Source: Candidatus Saccharimonadia bacterium
Lineage (GTDB): Bacteria > Patescibacteriota > Saccharimonadia > UBA4664 > SCTI01
Length of the DNA stretch: 64,000 nucleotides
Assembly (NCBI GenBank): GCA_046597065.1
Contig: JBKJLI010000002.1
Span: forward strand, 180,071-244,070
Reading direction: 5' to 3'
Numbering within the stretch: the first letter of the stretch is position 1; each line of letters starts with the position of its first letter. Position numbers and translations under genes: made by a program. The notes under the pieces were generated by a model. The model did not search any database, was not told the DNA's origin, and was given only the letters and a program-made list of their open reading frames with translations. This document shows, in pieces, positions 1 through 8,234 of this stretch.

Positions 1-1
1 C

Positions 2-436
2 ACCAGTGTGATTGAGGTTGGAATCGATATCCCCAACGCCAGTATCATCTTAATTGAAGGAGCTGAACGCTTTGGGCTGGCGGCGCTTCACCAACTGCGT
101 GGAAGGGTCGGCCGGGGCAAGCATCAATCATATTGCTTAATTGCCAGCGACTCTACGGCCGCAGGGGTGGTTGAGCGGTTGCAAGCGATGGAGCGCACTC
201 AAGATGGCTTTCGGTTAGCTCAGATCGACCTTGAGCTGCGTGGCCCGGGTCAGGTTTATGGTCGTCGGCAGCACGGCCTACTAGAACTTGGCCTAGCCGA
301 TTTGGGTGATAGTAAGCTAGTGGCTAGTGTAAGGGCCGCTGCCGACAGCTTTGTAACAGATAGCGAGGCCATGTTACAATATCCACAAGTGAAAGCGCGA
401 ATCAATAGATTAAAGAACCTAACCTCGCTCGACTGA
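2..436 (+). CDS. recG: ATP-dependent DNA helicase RecG, C-terminal part (5' end outside window)
   Basis: TSVIEVGIDIPNA, AERFGLAALHQLRGRVGRG and DGF..A..DLELRGPG motifs; frame open from base 2. Confidence 0.95.
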   Translation, partial: TSVIEVGIDIPNASIILIEGAERFGLAALHQLRGRVGRGKHQSYCLIASDSTAAGVVERLQAMERTQDGFRLAQIDLELRGPGQVYGRRQHGLLELGLADLGDSKLVASVRAAADSFVTDSEAMLQYPQVKARINRLKNLTSLD

Positions 437-454
437 GCAGGCAATTATCATACG

Positions 455-1318
455 ATGTATTCGGGCTTTGTAACCTCTAAAAAAACCGTTTCGGCCGTGG
501 GCGTACATCAACGCTTTGATACTGCCGCACTATCAATTCTAAAACCATACATTACTCCTGGTACTTTCCCAGTGCTGTCCCAAATCTTACATTTTGAAGG
601 CATTAACGGCCCTGATGGAATTAAGGTTAAATCACCTGGAAAAGACGAGCCAAGTCATCTGTACAATCCCACTACCGATAAAGGGCCGATTCCTGGATTA
701 ATTAATCGTCATTATCAAAAGCTGGTCGAGGCGCTGATGGATGAAGATTTAGTTAGAGCCGGTTTTGAATCGGCTTGGTTAGCTCACTATGTTTGTGATG
801 GATTAACTCCGGCCCATCACTATCCTCTCGATCAAAAACTGGCCGAACATGAACTAAAAAAGAACGCTAAGGGTAGTTATAGTATCTGGCGTAGGCCGGG
901 CGAGCCAATGATGGCAGCGGTCCGAAAAGGCTGGGCGGTGTTTGGGGGCAAGGGCATTTTAACCACCCACTTTAATTTTGAAATGGGTGTGGCCACGGCT
1001 TTGGTTGGGCAAAGGCTGCCCAAAGAGCTGGACACGGCCAAATTGGCTCAAGCCCGCAAGCTGGGCGCTATCAACTTTTTTAAACAAGAGGCTAGAGCTG
1101 TAGCAGAATTGGGTATGTATGAGCGCTTTTATGCCCAGGGCTGGGGTGCTACGCTTGCCCGCCAGGTTAAAACCAAACTGGCTCCACAAAGCGTACAGGT
1201 AATTGCCATCATATGGCTAATGGCCTATCTAGACGCCGGCAAAGAGTTGGCATTGGACGCTTGCCGAGAAGGTGGTCAGAAACCAAAAAGTAAACCCAAG
1301 CATAAAGTTAAAAAATGA
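455..1318 (+). CDS. Hypothetical protein, possible Zn-dependent phospholipase C / P1-S1 nuclease-like fold
   Basis: 287-aa ORF; H19, GPD and WLAHYVCDGLTPAHH resemble the H-x3-D-x3-P-x-H metal-ligand pattern. Confidence 0.6.
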   Translation: MYSGFVTSKKTVSAVGVHQRFDTAALSILKPYITPGTFPVLSQILHFEGINGPDGIKVKSPGKDEPSHLYNPTTDKGPIPGLINRHYQKLVEALMDEDLVRAGFESAWLAHYVCDGLTPAHHYPLDQKLAEHELKKNAKGSYSIWRRPGEPMMAAVRKGWAVFGGKGILTTHFNFEMGVATALVGQRLPKELDTAKLAQARKLGAINFFKQEARAVAELGMYERFYAQGWGATLARQVKTKLAPQSVQVIAIIWLMAYLDAGKELALDACREGGQKPKSKPKHKVKK

Positions 1319-1845
1319 AAATTGTATCCGGTGTTTATGGAGGCCGAGTTATAACCACCCCAAAAACCAAGAGCACTAGACCAATGACTGAAAAGGTACG
1401 AGCGGCGCTTTTTGACATACTAGGGCCAATCGAAGGTTTATTTGTTCTTGATGCTTATGCTGGTAGCGGCGCATTGGGGATCGAGGCATTGAGCCGTGGA
1501 GCCACAAAGGTGATTGCGGTAGAGGCAGGCCATCAGGCTTGTTCAGCCATTCGCAAAAGCGTGGATTCGCTACAGCTAGGAATGCAATATAGTTTAGAGC
1601 CGAAGAAAGTTGAAAGCTGGTTAGCACATTATCGTGGGGATAAATTTGGTCTCATTTTTGCAATGCCACCCTACTCACTAATAGATGACGATATATTGAG
1701 TAGGATCGGTGTCTATCTAGAAAAAGACGCCGTTATGGTCGTTGAGTTTCCTAGACAATCTCCTCCTATTGCCCTTGAAGGCATGTCGCTTGTGGATGTG
1801 AGAACATACGGTGACCCCAAGCTGGCATTTTATAAACGGACATAA
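1315..1845 (+). CDS. rsmD: RsmD-family 16S rRNA m2G966 methyltransferase
   Basis: MKIVSG..GGR, TRPMTEKVRAALF, VLDAYAGSGALGIEALSRGA, R.YGD; catalytic motif reads MPPY. Confidence 0.88.
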   Translation: MKIVSGVYGGRVITTPKTKSTRPMTEKVRAALFDILGPIEGLFVLDAYAGSGALGIEALSRGATKVIAVEAGHQACSAIRKSVDSLQLGMQYSLEPKKVESWLAHYRGDKFGLIFAMPPYSLIDDDILSRIGVYLEKDAVMVVEFPRQSPPIALEGMSLVDVRTYGDPKLAFYKRT

Positions 1846-1872
1846 ATCGCTACAATACAGGAGTTATCACTC

Positions 1873-1958
1873 GGGCGAGTGGTGGAATGGTAGACACGCC
1901 AGCCTTAGGAGCTGGTGAGCGCAAGCTCGTGGAGGTTCAAGTCCTCTCTCGCCCACCA
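1873..1958 (+). tRNA. tRNA-Leu(TAG)
   Basis: GGGCGAG/CTCGCCC acceptor stem, anticodon arm CCAGC-CTTAGGA-GCTGG, long variable arm, GGTTCAAGTCC, encoded CCA. Confidence 0.97.
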
Positions 1959-1968
1959 AGGCCTTATA

Positions 1969-1997
1969 TTGACATACAGCAAAAAAAGTATAACAAT
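1969..1997 (+). promoter_or_regulatory. Putative sigma70 promoter of the ORFan at 2058
   Basis: TTGACA (1969-74) followed by an AT-rich TATAACAAT -10 region. Confidence 0.5.
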
Positions 1998-2057
1998 ATG
2001 CTACATTCTGAGTCCCAGTATGTGAAACAAAGTCATGTACGCTAAGAAAGGCTGCAG

Positions 2058-2387
2058 ATGCTTTCTGATATAACTGTAAGAATTGGGAGCCTCATAATCT
2101 CGGTTACCAGGCTGATGCGTGAACTGGACTCTTCGGTTCAGGCAGACATCCACACCCATGCCGAGGCAGATCTTCGCGAGAAGGCTTACGCACTAGTATC
2201 GGCGGTTCGTGACCTCAAGCTAAGCTGGGAGTATCGACCCCGCCTTTCGATGACCATCATGGTGTTCGAGGGGCATCGTTGCAACATCATGTTTCTTGAG
2301 ATGGTGATTCGAGAGCTGGTTGAGTTTCATGCCGAGTGCTATGAGCACCTTCACCAGGCAGAATCTCCCCTTGCTCCCACCCATTAG
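2058..2387 (+). CDS. Hypothetical protein (ORFan, 109 aa, predicted helical)
   Basis: ORF with AAAGG SD-like sequence, upstream promoter and downstream terminator; no recognisable motif. Confidence 0.6.
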   Translation: MLSDITVRIGSLIISVTRLMRELDSSVQADIHTHAEADLREKAYALVSAVRDLKLSWEYRPRLSMTIMVFEGHRCNIMFLEMVIRELVEFHAECYEHLHQAESPLAPTH

Positions 2388-2398
2388 CGCCTCGGCGC

Positions 2399-2454
2399 AT
2401 GCGAAGACGTCACGTTACTGTGACTCCTCGGTGCCGGGGCGTTTTCGCATTTTT
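2399..2454 (+). terminator. Branched terminator-like structure
   Basis: ATGCGAAGACG pairs with CGTTTTCGCAT around internal hairpins, followed by TTTT. Confidence 0.55.
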
Positions 2455-2459
2455 GGTGG

Positions 2460-2488
2460 CTGACATTGACTGTTAGATCTGTTAAGAT
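2460..2488 (+). promoter_or_regulatory. tig promoter
   Basis: CTGACA-17-TAAGAT with extended TGn; 9 nt from the ATG. Confidence 0.55.
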
Positions 2489-2497
2489 ACCCAGGTT

Positions 2498-3778
2498 ATG
2501 AAATCATCCATCAAGAAAAAAACCGATACCGAGGCCACGCTTTTAATCAGTGTTGATGAGCACGAAATCCAGCACGCTTTCGAGCACGCCGTTGCAAAAT
2601 ACCGTGATCAAGTAAAGGCCCCTGGCTTTCGGCCCGGTAAGGCACCCGATAATATCGTGATCCGCGAGATTGGCGATGCCACTATTCAAAGCGAAACAAT
2701 CGATCACACACTAGGGCACGCTTACGGTGATGCTTTAACCGAGCACAGCCTGCAGGCGGTTGGTTCTCCAAAAATCTCAGTGGAAAAGTGGGTGCCTTAT
2801 ACCACTTTAGAGTTCGAGGCAGTTGTAGAGATTGTGCCACCCATTAAGTTGGCCGACTATAAGAAGATCAAGAAAAAGCTCCCTGAAACCAAGGTTGAGC
2901 CATCGCGCATTGATGAGGTTGTAGAGGATTTGCAGCGTCGCGTGTCTAAGAGGGTGCCGGCCCTGCGCGCTGCCGAAATAGGCGATGAGGTTAAGCTAGA
3001 TTTTGATGGCTTTAAGGCTGGTGAGCCGGTAGAAGGTGCTAGTGGCAAGAACTACAGCTTAAAACTGGGATCAAATAGCTTCATTCCGGGCTTTGAACCA
3101 GAGGTGGTGGGATTAAAAGTTGGAGAGAGCAAGACTTTTAGCGTAACGTTCCCCAAGGATTATCACGAAAAGAGCTTGGCCGGTCAGCCGGTAGAGTTTA
3201 AGATCACCATTCATGAGGTGTCGATGCTGGAGCTGCCTGAGATGGACGACAAGTTTGCGGCCGAGGTGGGTCCATTTAAGACGGTTGCAGAATTGCGAGC
3301 CGATGTGGCAGAGCAAATTAAGGCTGAGGCCGAGGTTGAGGCGAGGCGCCAGTTTGAAAACGAGCTACTTGATGAGATTGTGAAGAAGAGCAGCGTTAAA
3401 GCGCCCGCCGGTTTAGTGGCTCAGCAGAGTGAGCGCTTAAAAACCGATATGCAGCAACGGCTTGCCCAGGCTGGGCTGACTTACGAGCAGTATCTTGAAA
3501 CTCAGAAAAAAACCGAAGCGGATATTGATAAAGAGGTTGCCCCGGAGGCCGAAAAGCGGGTGCAACTGGCACTGATTTTAAGCGAGGTGGCCAAGGCCGA
3601 GCAGATGAAGGTTGACGCCGACGAGATCGAGCGTGAACTCGAGATGTTGAAGTTGCAGTACACCGACTCTAAGATGCAAGCCGAGCTTACTCACGACCAT
3701 ATTCGTGAGGATATTTACAACCATTTAATGGCTGGTAAGGTTATTGCAAAGCTTGTTGAGTACGCAACTACTAAGTAG
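2498..3778 (+). CDS. tig: Trigger factor
   Basis: PGFRPGKAP signature, FKBP domain (LGSNSFIPGFE, FPKDYH). Confidence 0.97.
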   Translation: MKSSIKKKTDTEATLLISVDEHEIQHAFEHAVAKYRDQVKAPGFRPGKAPDNIVIREIGDATIQSETIDHTLGHAYGDALTEHSLQAVGSPKISVEKWVPYTTLEFEAVVEIVPPIKLADYKKIKKKLPETKVEPSRIDEVVEDLQRRVSKRVPALRAAEIGDEVKLDFDGFKAGEPVEGASGKNYSLKLGSNSFIPGFEPEVVGLKVGESKTFSVTFPKDYHEKSLAGQPVEFKITIHEVSMLELPEMDDKFAAEVGPFKTVAELRADVAEQIKAEAEVEARRQFENELLDEIVKKSSVKAPAGLVAQQSERLKTDMQQRLAQAGLTYEQYLETQKKTEADIDKEVAPEAEKRVQLALILSEVAKAEQMKVDADEIERELEMLKLQYTDSKMQAELTHDHIREDIYNHLMAGKVIAKLVEYATTK

Positions 3779-3780
3779 TA

Positions 3781-3807
3781 TTAGCACTCTAGACAGCCGA
3801 GTGCCAA
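3781..3807 (+). promoter_or_regulatory. CIRCE element (HrcA operator) upstream of clpP
   Basis: TTAGCACTC-N9-GAGTGCCAA, one mismatch to the consensus TTAGCACTC-N9-GAGTGCTAA; TAAAAT at 3813-18. Confidence 0.9.
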
Positions 3808-3853
3808 CGCGCTAAAATGTGTTTACTGATTTTGTTCAAAAAGGGGTAATACT

Positions 3854-4459
3854 ATGGCCGACGGCCAGTTACGAAACTCAATCTTGATTCCCACTGTGCT
3901 CGAAAAAACCAGCATGGGGGAGCGTTCTTATGACATCTATTCGCGGCTGCTTAAGGACCGGATTATTTTTTTGGGGACTGAGGTCGAAGATACGGTTGCT
4001 AATTTAATCATTGCTCAGCTACTTTTTTTGGCAAATGAAGATCCTAAAAAAGACATCACTCTCTACATCAATTCTCCGGGTGGGAGCGTATATTCTGGCT
4101 TGGCCATCCTAGACACCATGAACCACGTTAAACCAGATGTTTCAACCGTTGTAGTTGGTAAGGCAATGAGCATGGGTGCGGTGCTGTTAGCTGGGGGGGC
4201 TAAGGGAAAGCGCTTTGCATTACCTAACGCAAAGATAATGATTCACCAAGGATCGGCTGGCTTTCAAGGTGCACCAAGTGATATTGAAATTACTGCTCGA
4301 GAGGTACTGGCGCTTAAAAAGGATCTCAATAATATTCTGGTTGAGTGCACCGGGCAGCCGCTTGAAAAAGTCGAAAAAGACACTGATCGTGATTATTACA
4401 TGACCGCTAAAGACGCCAAAGAATACGGCTTGGTCGATGAGATCATCATTCATAGCTAA
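3854..4459 (+). CDS. clpP: ATP-dependent Clp protease proteolytic subunit
   Basis: [35 protein letters not shown]. Confidence 0.98.
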   Translation: MADGQLRNSILIPTVLEKTSMGERSYDIYSRLLKDRIIFLGTEVEDTVANLIIAQLLFLANEDPKKDITLYINSPGGSVYSGLAILDTMNHVKPDVSTVVVGKAMSMGAVLLAGGAKGKRFALPNAKIMIHQGSAGFQGAPSDIEITAREVLALKKDLNNILVECTGQPLEKVEKDTDRDYYMTAKDAKEYGLVDEIIIHS

Positions 4460-4465
4460 AAACAG

Positions 4466-4494
4466 TTGACACACCTGACAAATAACTCCATAAT
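4466..4494 (+). promoter_or_regulatory. rpoBC promoter
   Basis: TTGACA-17-CATAAT. Confidence 0.8.
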
Positions 4495-4499
4495 GGGGT

Positions 4500-4710
4500 T
4501 CAAGAGGAAGCTTAAATCAAAAAGTAGGAGAGACCTACTTTGTTTTTGCGTGTAGGACTCCCGTGCTTGTCTCGCTGGTGCGAGTGTGAAAGTCCTAGAA
4601 GCCATAAACATTTGGTTACGGCCAGATTTAGACACGCCTCTTGATTATTAACCCAGAATTGCAGCAGTCTGGGTGCGCCAACATTTTTAATAATCAAGAA
4701 GGAGATCGCT
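4500..4710 (+). ncRNA. Structured 5' leader of rpoB (candidate cis-regulator)
   Basis: Several stems (AAAGTAGG/CCTACTTT, TAGGAC/GTCCTA, ACCCAGA/TCTGGGT) and two competing long-range pairings. Confidence 0.55.
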
Positions 4711-7700
4711 TTGCCCATTGCGACGCAGCGCCGAACATTTCAAAACCAAAACCAGGAAGTACTTGCACTACCTAATCTAATTCAAAATCAGATTGATTCA
4801 TTTGCTTGGTTTACGACAGAAGGATTAACCGAGCTTTTAGCTGCCGTAAGTCCGATTGAGGATTTTACCGGTAAGGGGCTAGCCTTATCTTTTAAGGATT
4901 TTCGTTATGAAGAGCCAAAAATAGACGAAGCCAGTGCAAAATCTAAAAACTCAACCTACGAAGTCCCCCTCAAGGCTACTGTAGAGCTGGTTAATAAAGA
5001 AACCGGTGAAATTAAAAGCCAAGAGATCTTTTTAGGCGATTACCCCTGGATGACTGAACGCGGCACTTTTATTATCAACGGAGTTGAGCGGGTTGTTGTT
5101 AGCCAATTGGTACGTTCGCCGGGAGTGTTCTTTACTGCTGATAACACCGGCACCGAGCTACTATTTGGTGCTAAGGTGATCCCCGATCGAGGTGCCTGGT
5201 TAGAGTTTGATACTTCTGCAAACGGGGTTATCTCAGTTAAGATTGACCGCAAGCGCAAACTGCCAGTTACTACTCTATTACGGGCTTTTGGTTATGCCGA
5301 GGACAAAGAGATCCAAAACCTGTTTAAAGAAGTAGATACCGGCGATGTTAAATTTATCGATGAGACTCTCGAAAAAGATGCTACCAGCAATCTAAGTGAA
5401 GCATTGATGGAAGTTTACCGTCGTATACGTCCTGGTGATCTAGCCACAGTTGAAAACTCTAAGAGCCTGATTGAAGGTATGTTTTTTGATCCTAAGCGTT
5501 ACGACTTCAGTAAAGTTGGCCGCTTTAAGATTAACAAGCGTCTATCACTTGATGTGCCCAACAAGATTGAAAACCGCATTTTCCGACGCGAAGATCTGGT
5601 AGAAATCATCCGCGAGATTGTGCGCCTAAACAACGATGATAAGGCTCGGCCCGATGACATCGATAACCTGGCCAATCGTCGGCTGCGTAGTGTTGGCGAG
5701 CTGATCCAGCAAAAGTTCCGGGTTGGTCTTTTGCGCATGGAGCGTAATGTTAAGGATCGCATGAGTGTTTATGATCGTGAAACCGTCACACCCGGACAGT
5801 TAATTAATGTGCGTCCGATTGTGGCCAGTGTTAAAGAATTTTTCGCTAGCTCGCAAATGAGCCAGTTTATGAACCAAACCAACCCACTTAGCGAAATTGC
5901 CCACAAGCGTCGCGTTACAGCTATGGGTGCCGGTGGCTTGAGCCGTGAACGTGCCGGCTTCGAAGTTCGCGATGTTCACCGTTCTCACTATGGTCGTCTT
6001 TGCCCAATTGAGACACCAGAAGGTCCAAATATCGGTCTAGTTTCTAACATGTCGAGCTACGCTCGCGTGAATGAGTATGGTTTTTTGGAAACTCCCTACC
6101 GTATTGTGACAAATGAGGTTAAACCCGCTGACGCCGTTGGACATATCGCCCGAACCACCATTAAGGACGCTAAGGGTGAGCTGATTGTAAAGCCAGGCGA
6201 TAAGATTACCGATGTAGCCGCTAAAAAGTTGGCCAAGCTTGATGCACCAATGGTGCCGGTTAAAGCCAAGGTTACAAGCGAAGTGGTTTATTTAGATGCA
6301 TACGACGAAGGTAAGGCAGTTATTACCGAAGCTGCAACCAAGATTGATAACGATGGCTATTTTTTACTGCCACGTATTGCCGTTCGACGTGCCGGTGAGG
6401 CTGGTGAAGAAGAAGGCGATCACGTGCAGTTTATGGATGTATCTAGCCGTCAGATTGTGTCGGTTTCAACCGCGCTAATACCATTTATTGAACATGACGA
6501 TGCTAAACGCGCCCTGATGGCAGCTAACATGCAGAAACAGGCAGTTGCGCTGGTTAAGCCCCAGGCACCAATCGTTGGCACCGGAATGGAGCGAGTAGTT
6601 GCTCGTGATTCTGCCCAGGTGATTGTGGCGGCTGCAAATGGCACCGTTAAATCGGCCTCGGCCAGCGAGGTCGTAGTCAATTACGAAAAACTAGGCGAAG
6701 TTCGATACCCACTAACCAAGTTTGTCCGTAGCAATGAAGGCACCAGTATCAACCAGAAAGTGGTGGTTGAGGTCGGTCAAAAACTTAAAAAGGGTGATTT
6801 ACTTGCCGACGGCATGTCGACCGAAAATGGCGAGCTAGCTTTGGGCCAAAACGTTCTTGTAGCTTTCATGAGCTGGGGCGGTTACAACTTTGAGGATGCG
6901 ATTATCATCAGTCAGCGATTGGTGCGTGATGATCGCTTTAGCTCGATTCACATTGAAACTCACTCGGTTGATGTGCGCGAAACCAAATTGGGACCAGAGG
7001 TAGTCACTCGCGACATCCCGAACGTTAGCGAAGACAGTCTGAAGGATTTAGATGAAGCCGGAATAGTTCGAATTGGTGCCGAAATCTCAGCAGGAGACAT
7101 TCTAGTAGGAAAAATTACGCCTAAGGGTGAGCAGGAACTTTCCAGCGAAGAAAAGCTGCTACGAGCCATTTTTGGTGAAAAGGCCCGTGATGTTAAGGAC
7201 ACCAGCTTAAGACTGCCAAATGGCGAGCGCGGTAAAGTGGTTGGCGTTAAGTTATTTAGCCGTGAAAATGGCGATGAGCTCCAGGCTGGCGTAATCGAGC
7301 AGTACCACGTTTCGGTGGCCTTAATGCGCAAGATAAGCGTTGGCGATAAGATGGCCGGCCGTCACGGAAACAAAGGTGTGATTTCGCGGGTACTTCCAGT
7401 TGAGGATATGCCCTGCATGGAAGACGGCACTCCCGTCGACATGATATTAAATCCGCTTGGTGTTGGTCAGCGTATGAACATTGGACAGATTTTTGAAACC
7501 CACTTGGGTTGGGCCGCAGAAGCGTTAGGTTACAACGTGGCCAGTCCGGTTTTCGATGGTGTGACCATCGATCAGATTAAAGATGAGTTAAGGCAAGCCG
7601 GCCTGCCCGAAGACGGCAAGGCACAGTTATACGACGGCCGAACCGGTGTGGCATTCCAAGAACGTACAACCGTGGGTTATAAGTATATGTTGAAGCTTGA

Positions 7701-8232
7701 TCACATGGTTGACGACAAGATTCACGCTCGCTCAACCGGTCCATATGCCATGGTTACTCAGCAGCCACTAGGTGGTAAGGCCCAACGTGGCGGTCAGCGG
7801 TTTGGAGAGATGGAGGTTTGGGCACTCGAAGCTTACGGAGCCGCCAATACCCTACAAGAAATTCTCACCATTAAGTCGGATGACGTAGTTGGTCGCTCTA
7901 AGGCTTATGAGGCCATCATTAAGAACGAGGAGATCCGCGGACCACGCATCCCCGAGTCGTTTAATGTGTTGGTTAAAGAGTTGCAGAGTTTAGGCTTGGC
8001 AGTAGATTTGATCCGCAACGAAACCTCTGGTGAAACCGAGATTGACGCCGAAGATATGTTGGCCGACGAGACTCACAAAGAGGCCAACGAGCTAGGAACT
8101 GACAAATTAATTGAAGGCGATGTGGCTGTAGCCGACATGCCGCTTGTTGACTTGGCCGGTGGCCAAGACGATCAGCTGCAAGTTGAGGCCGAGGTTGCCG
8201 CGGCCAAAGTGGCCGCCGGAGAGGAGGCGTAA
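4711..8232 (+). CDS. rpoB: RNA polymerase beta subunit
   Basis: GTFIINGVERVVVSQL, ETPEGPNIGL, GDKMAGRHGNKG, GGQRFGEME; TTG start with AGGAG SD. Confidence 0.99.
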   Translation: MPIATQRRTFQNQNQEVLALPNLIQNQIDSFAWFTTEGLTELLAAVSPIEDFTGKGLALSFKDFRYEEPKIDEASAKSKNSTYEVPLKATVELVNKETGEIKSQEIFLGDYPWMTERGTFIINGVERVVVSQLVRSPGVFFTADNTGTELLFGAKVIPDRGAWLEFDTSANGVISVKIDRKRKLPVTTLLRAFGYAEDKEIQNLFKEVDTGDVKFIDETLEKDATSNLSEALMEVYRRIRPGDLATVENSKSLIEGMFFDPKRYDFSKVGRFKINKRLSLDVPNKIENRIFRREDLVEIIREIVRLNNDDKARPDDIDNLANRRLRSVGELIQQKFRVGLLRMERNVKDRMSVYDRETVTPGQLINVRPIVASVKEFFASSQMSQFMNQTNPLSEIAHKRRVTAMGAGGLSRERAGFEVRDVHRSHYGRLCPIETPEGPNIGLVSNMSSYARVNEYGFLETPYRIVTNEVKPADAVGHIARTTIKDAKGELIVKPGDKITDVAAKKLAKLDAPMVPVKAKVTSEVVYLDAYDEGKAVITEAATKIDNDGYFLLPRIAVRRAGEAGEEEGDHVQFMDVSSRQIVSVSTALIPFIEHDDAKRALMAANMQKQAVALVKPQAPIVGTGMERVVARDSAQVIVAAANGTVKSASASEVVVNYEKLGEVRYPLTKFVRSNEGTSINQKVVVEVGQKLKKGDLLADGMSTENGELALGQNVLVAFMSWGGYNFEDAIIISQRLVRDDRFSSIHIETHSVDVRETKLGPEVVTRDIPNVSEDSLKDLDEAGIVRIGAEISAGDILVGKITPKGEQELSSEEKLLRAIFGEKARDVKDTSLRLPNGERGKVVGVKLFSRENGDELQAGVIEQYHVSVALMRKISVGDKMAGRHGNKGVISRVLPVEDMPCMEDGTPVDMILNPLGVGQRMNIGQIFETHLGWAAEALGYNVASPVFDGVTIDQIKDELRQAGLPEDGKAQLYDGRTGVAFQERTTVGYKYMLKLDHMVDDKIHARSTGPYAMVTQQPLGGKAQRGGQRFGEMEVWALEAYGAANTLQEILTIKSDDVVGRSKAYEAIIKNEEIRGPRIPESFNVLVKELQSLGLAVDLIRNETSGETEIDAEDMLADETHKEANELGTDKLIEGDVAVADMPLVDLAGGQDDQLQVEAEVAAAKVAAGEEA

Positions 8233-8234
8233 AG

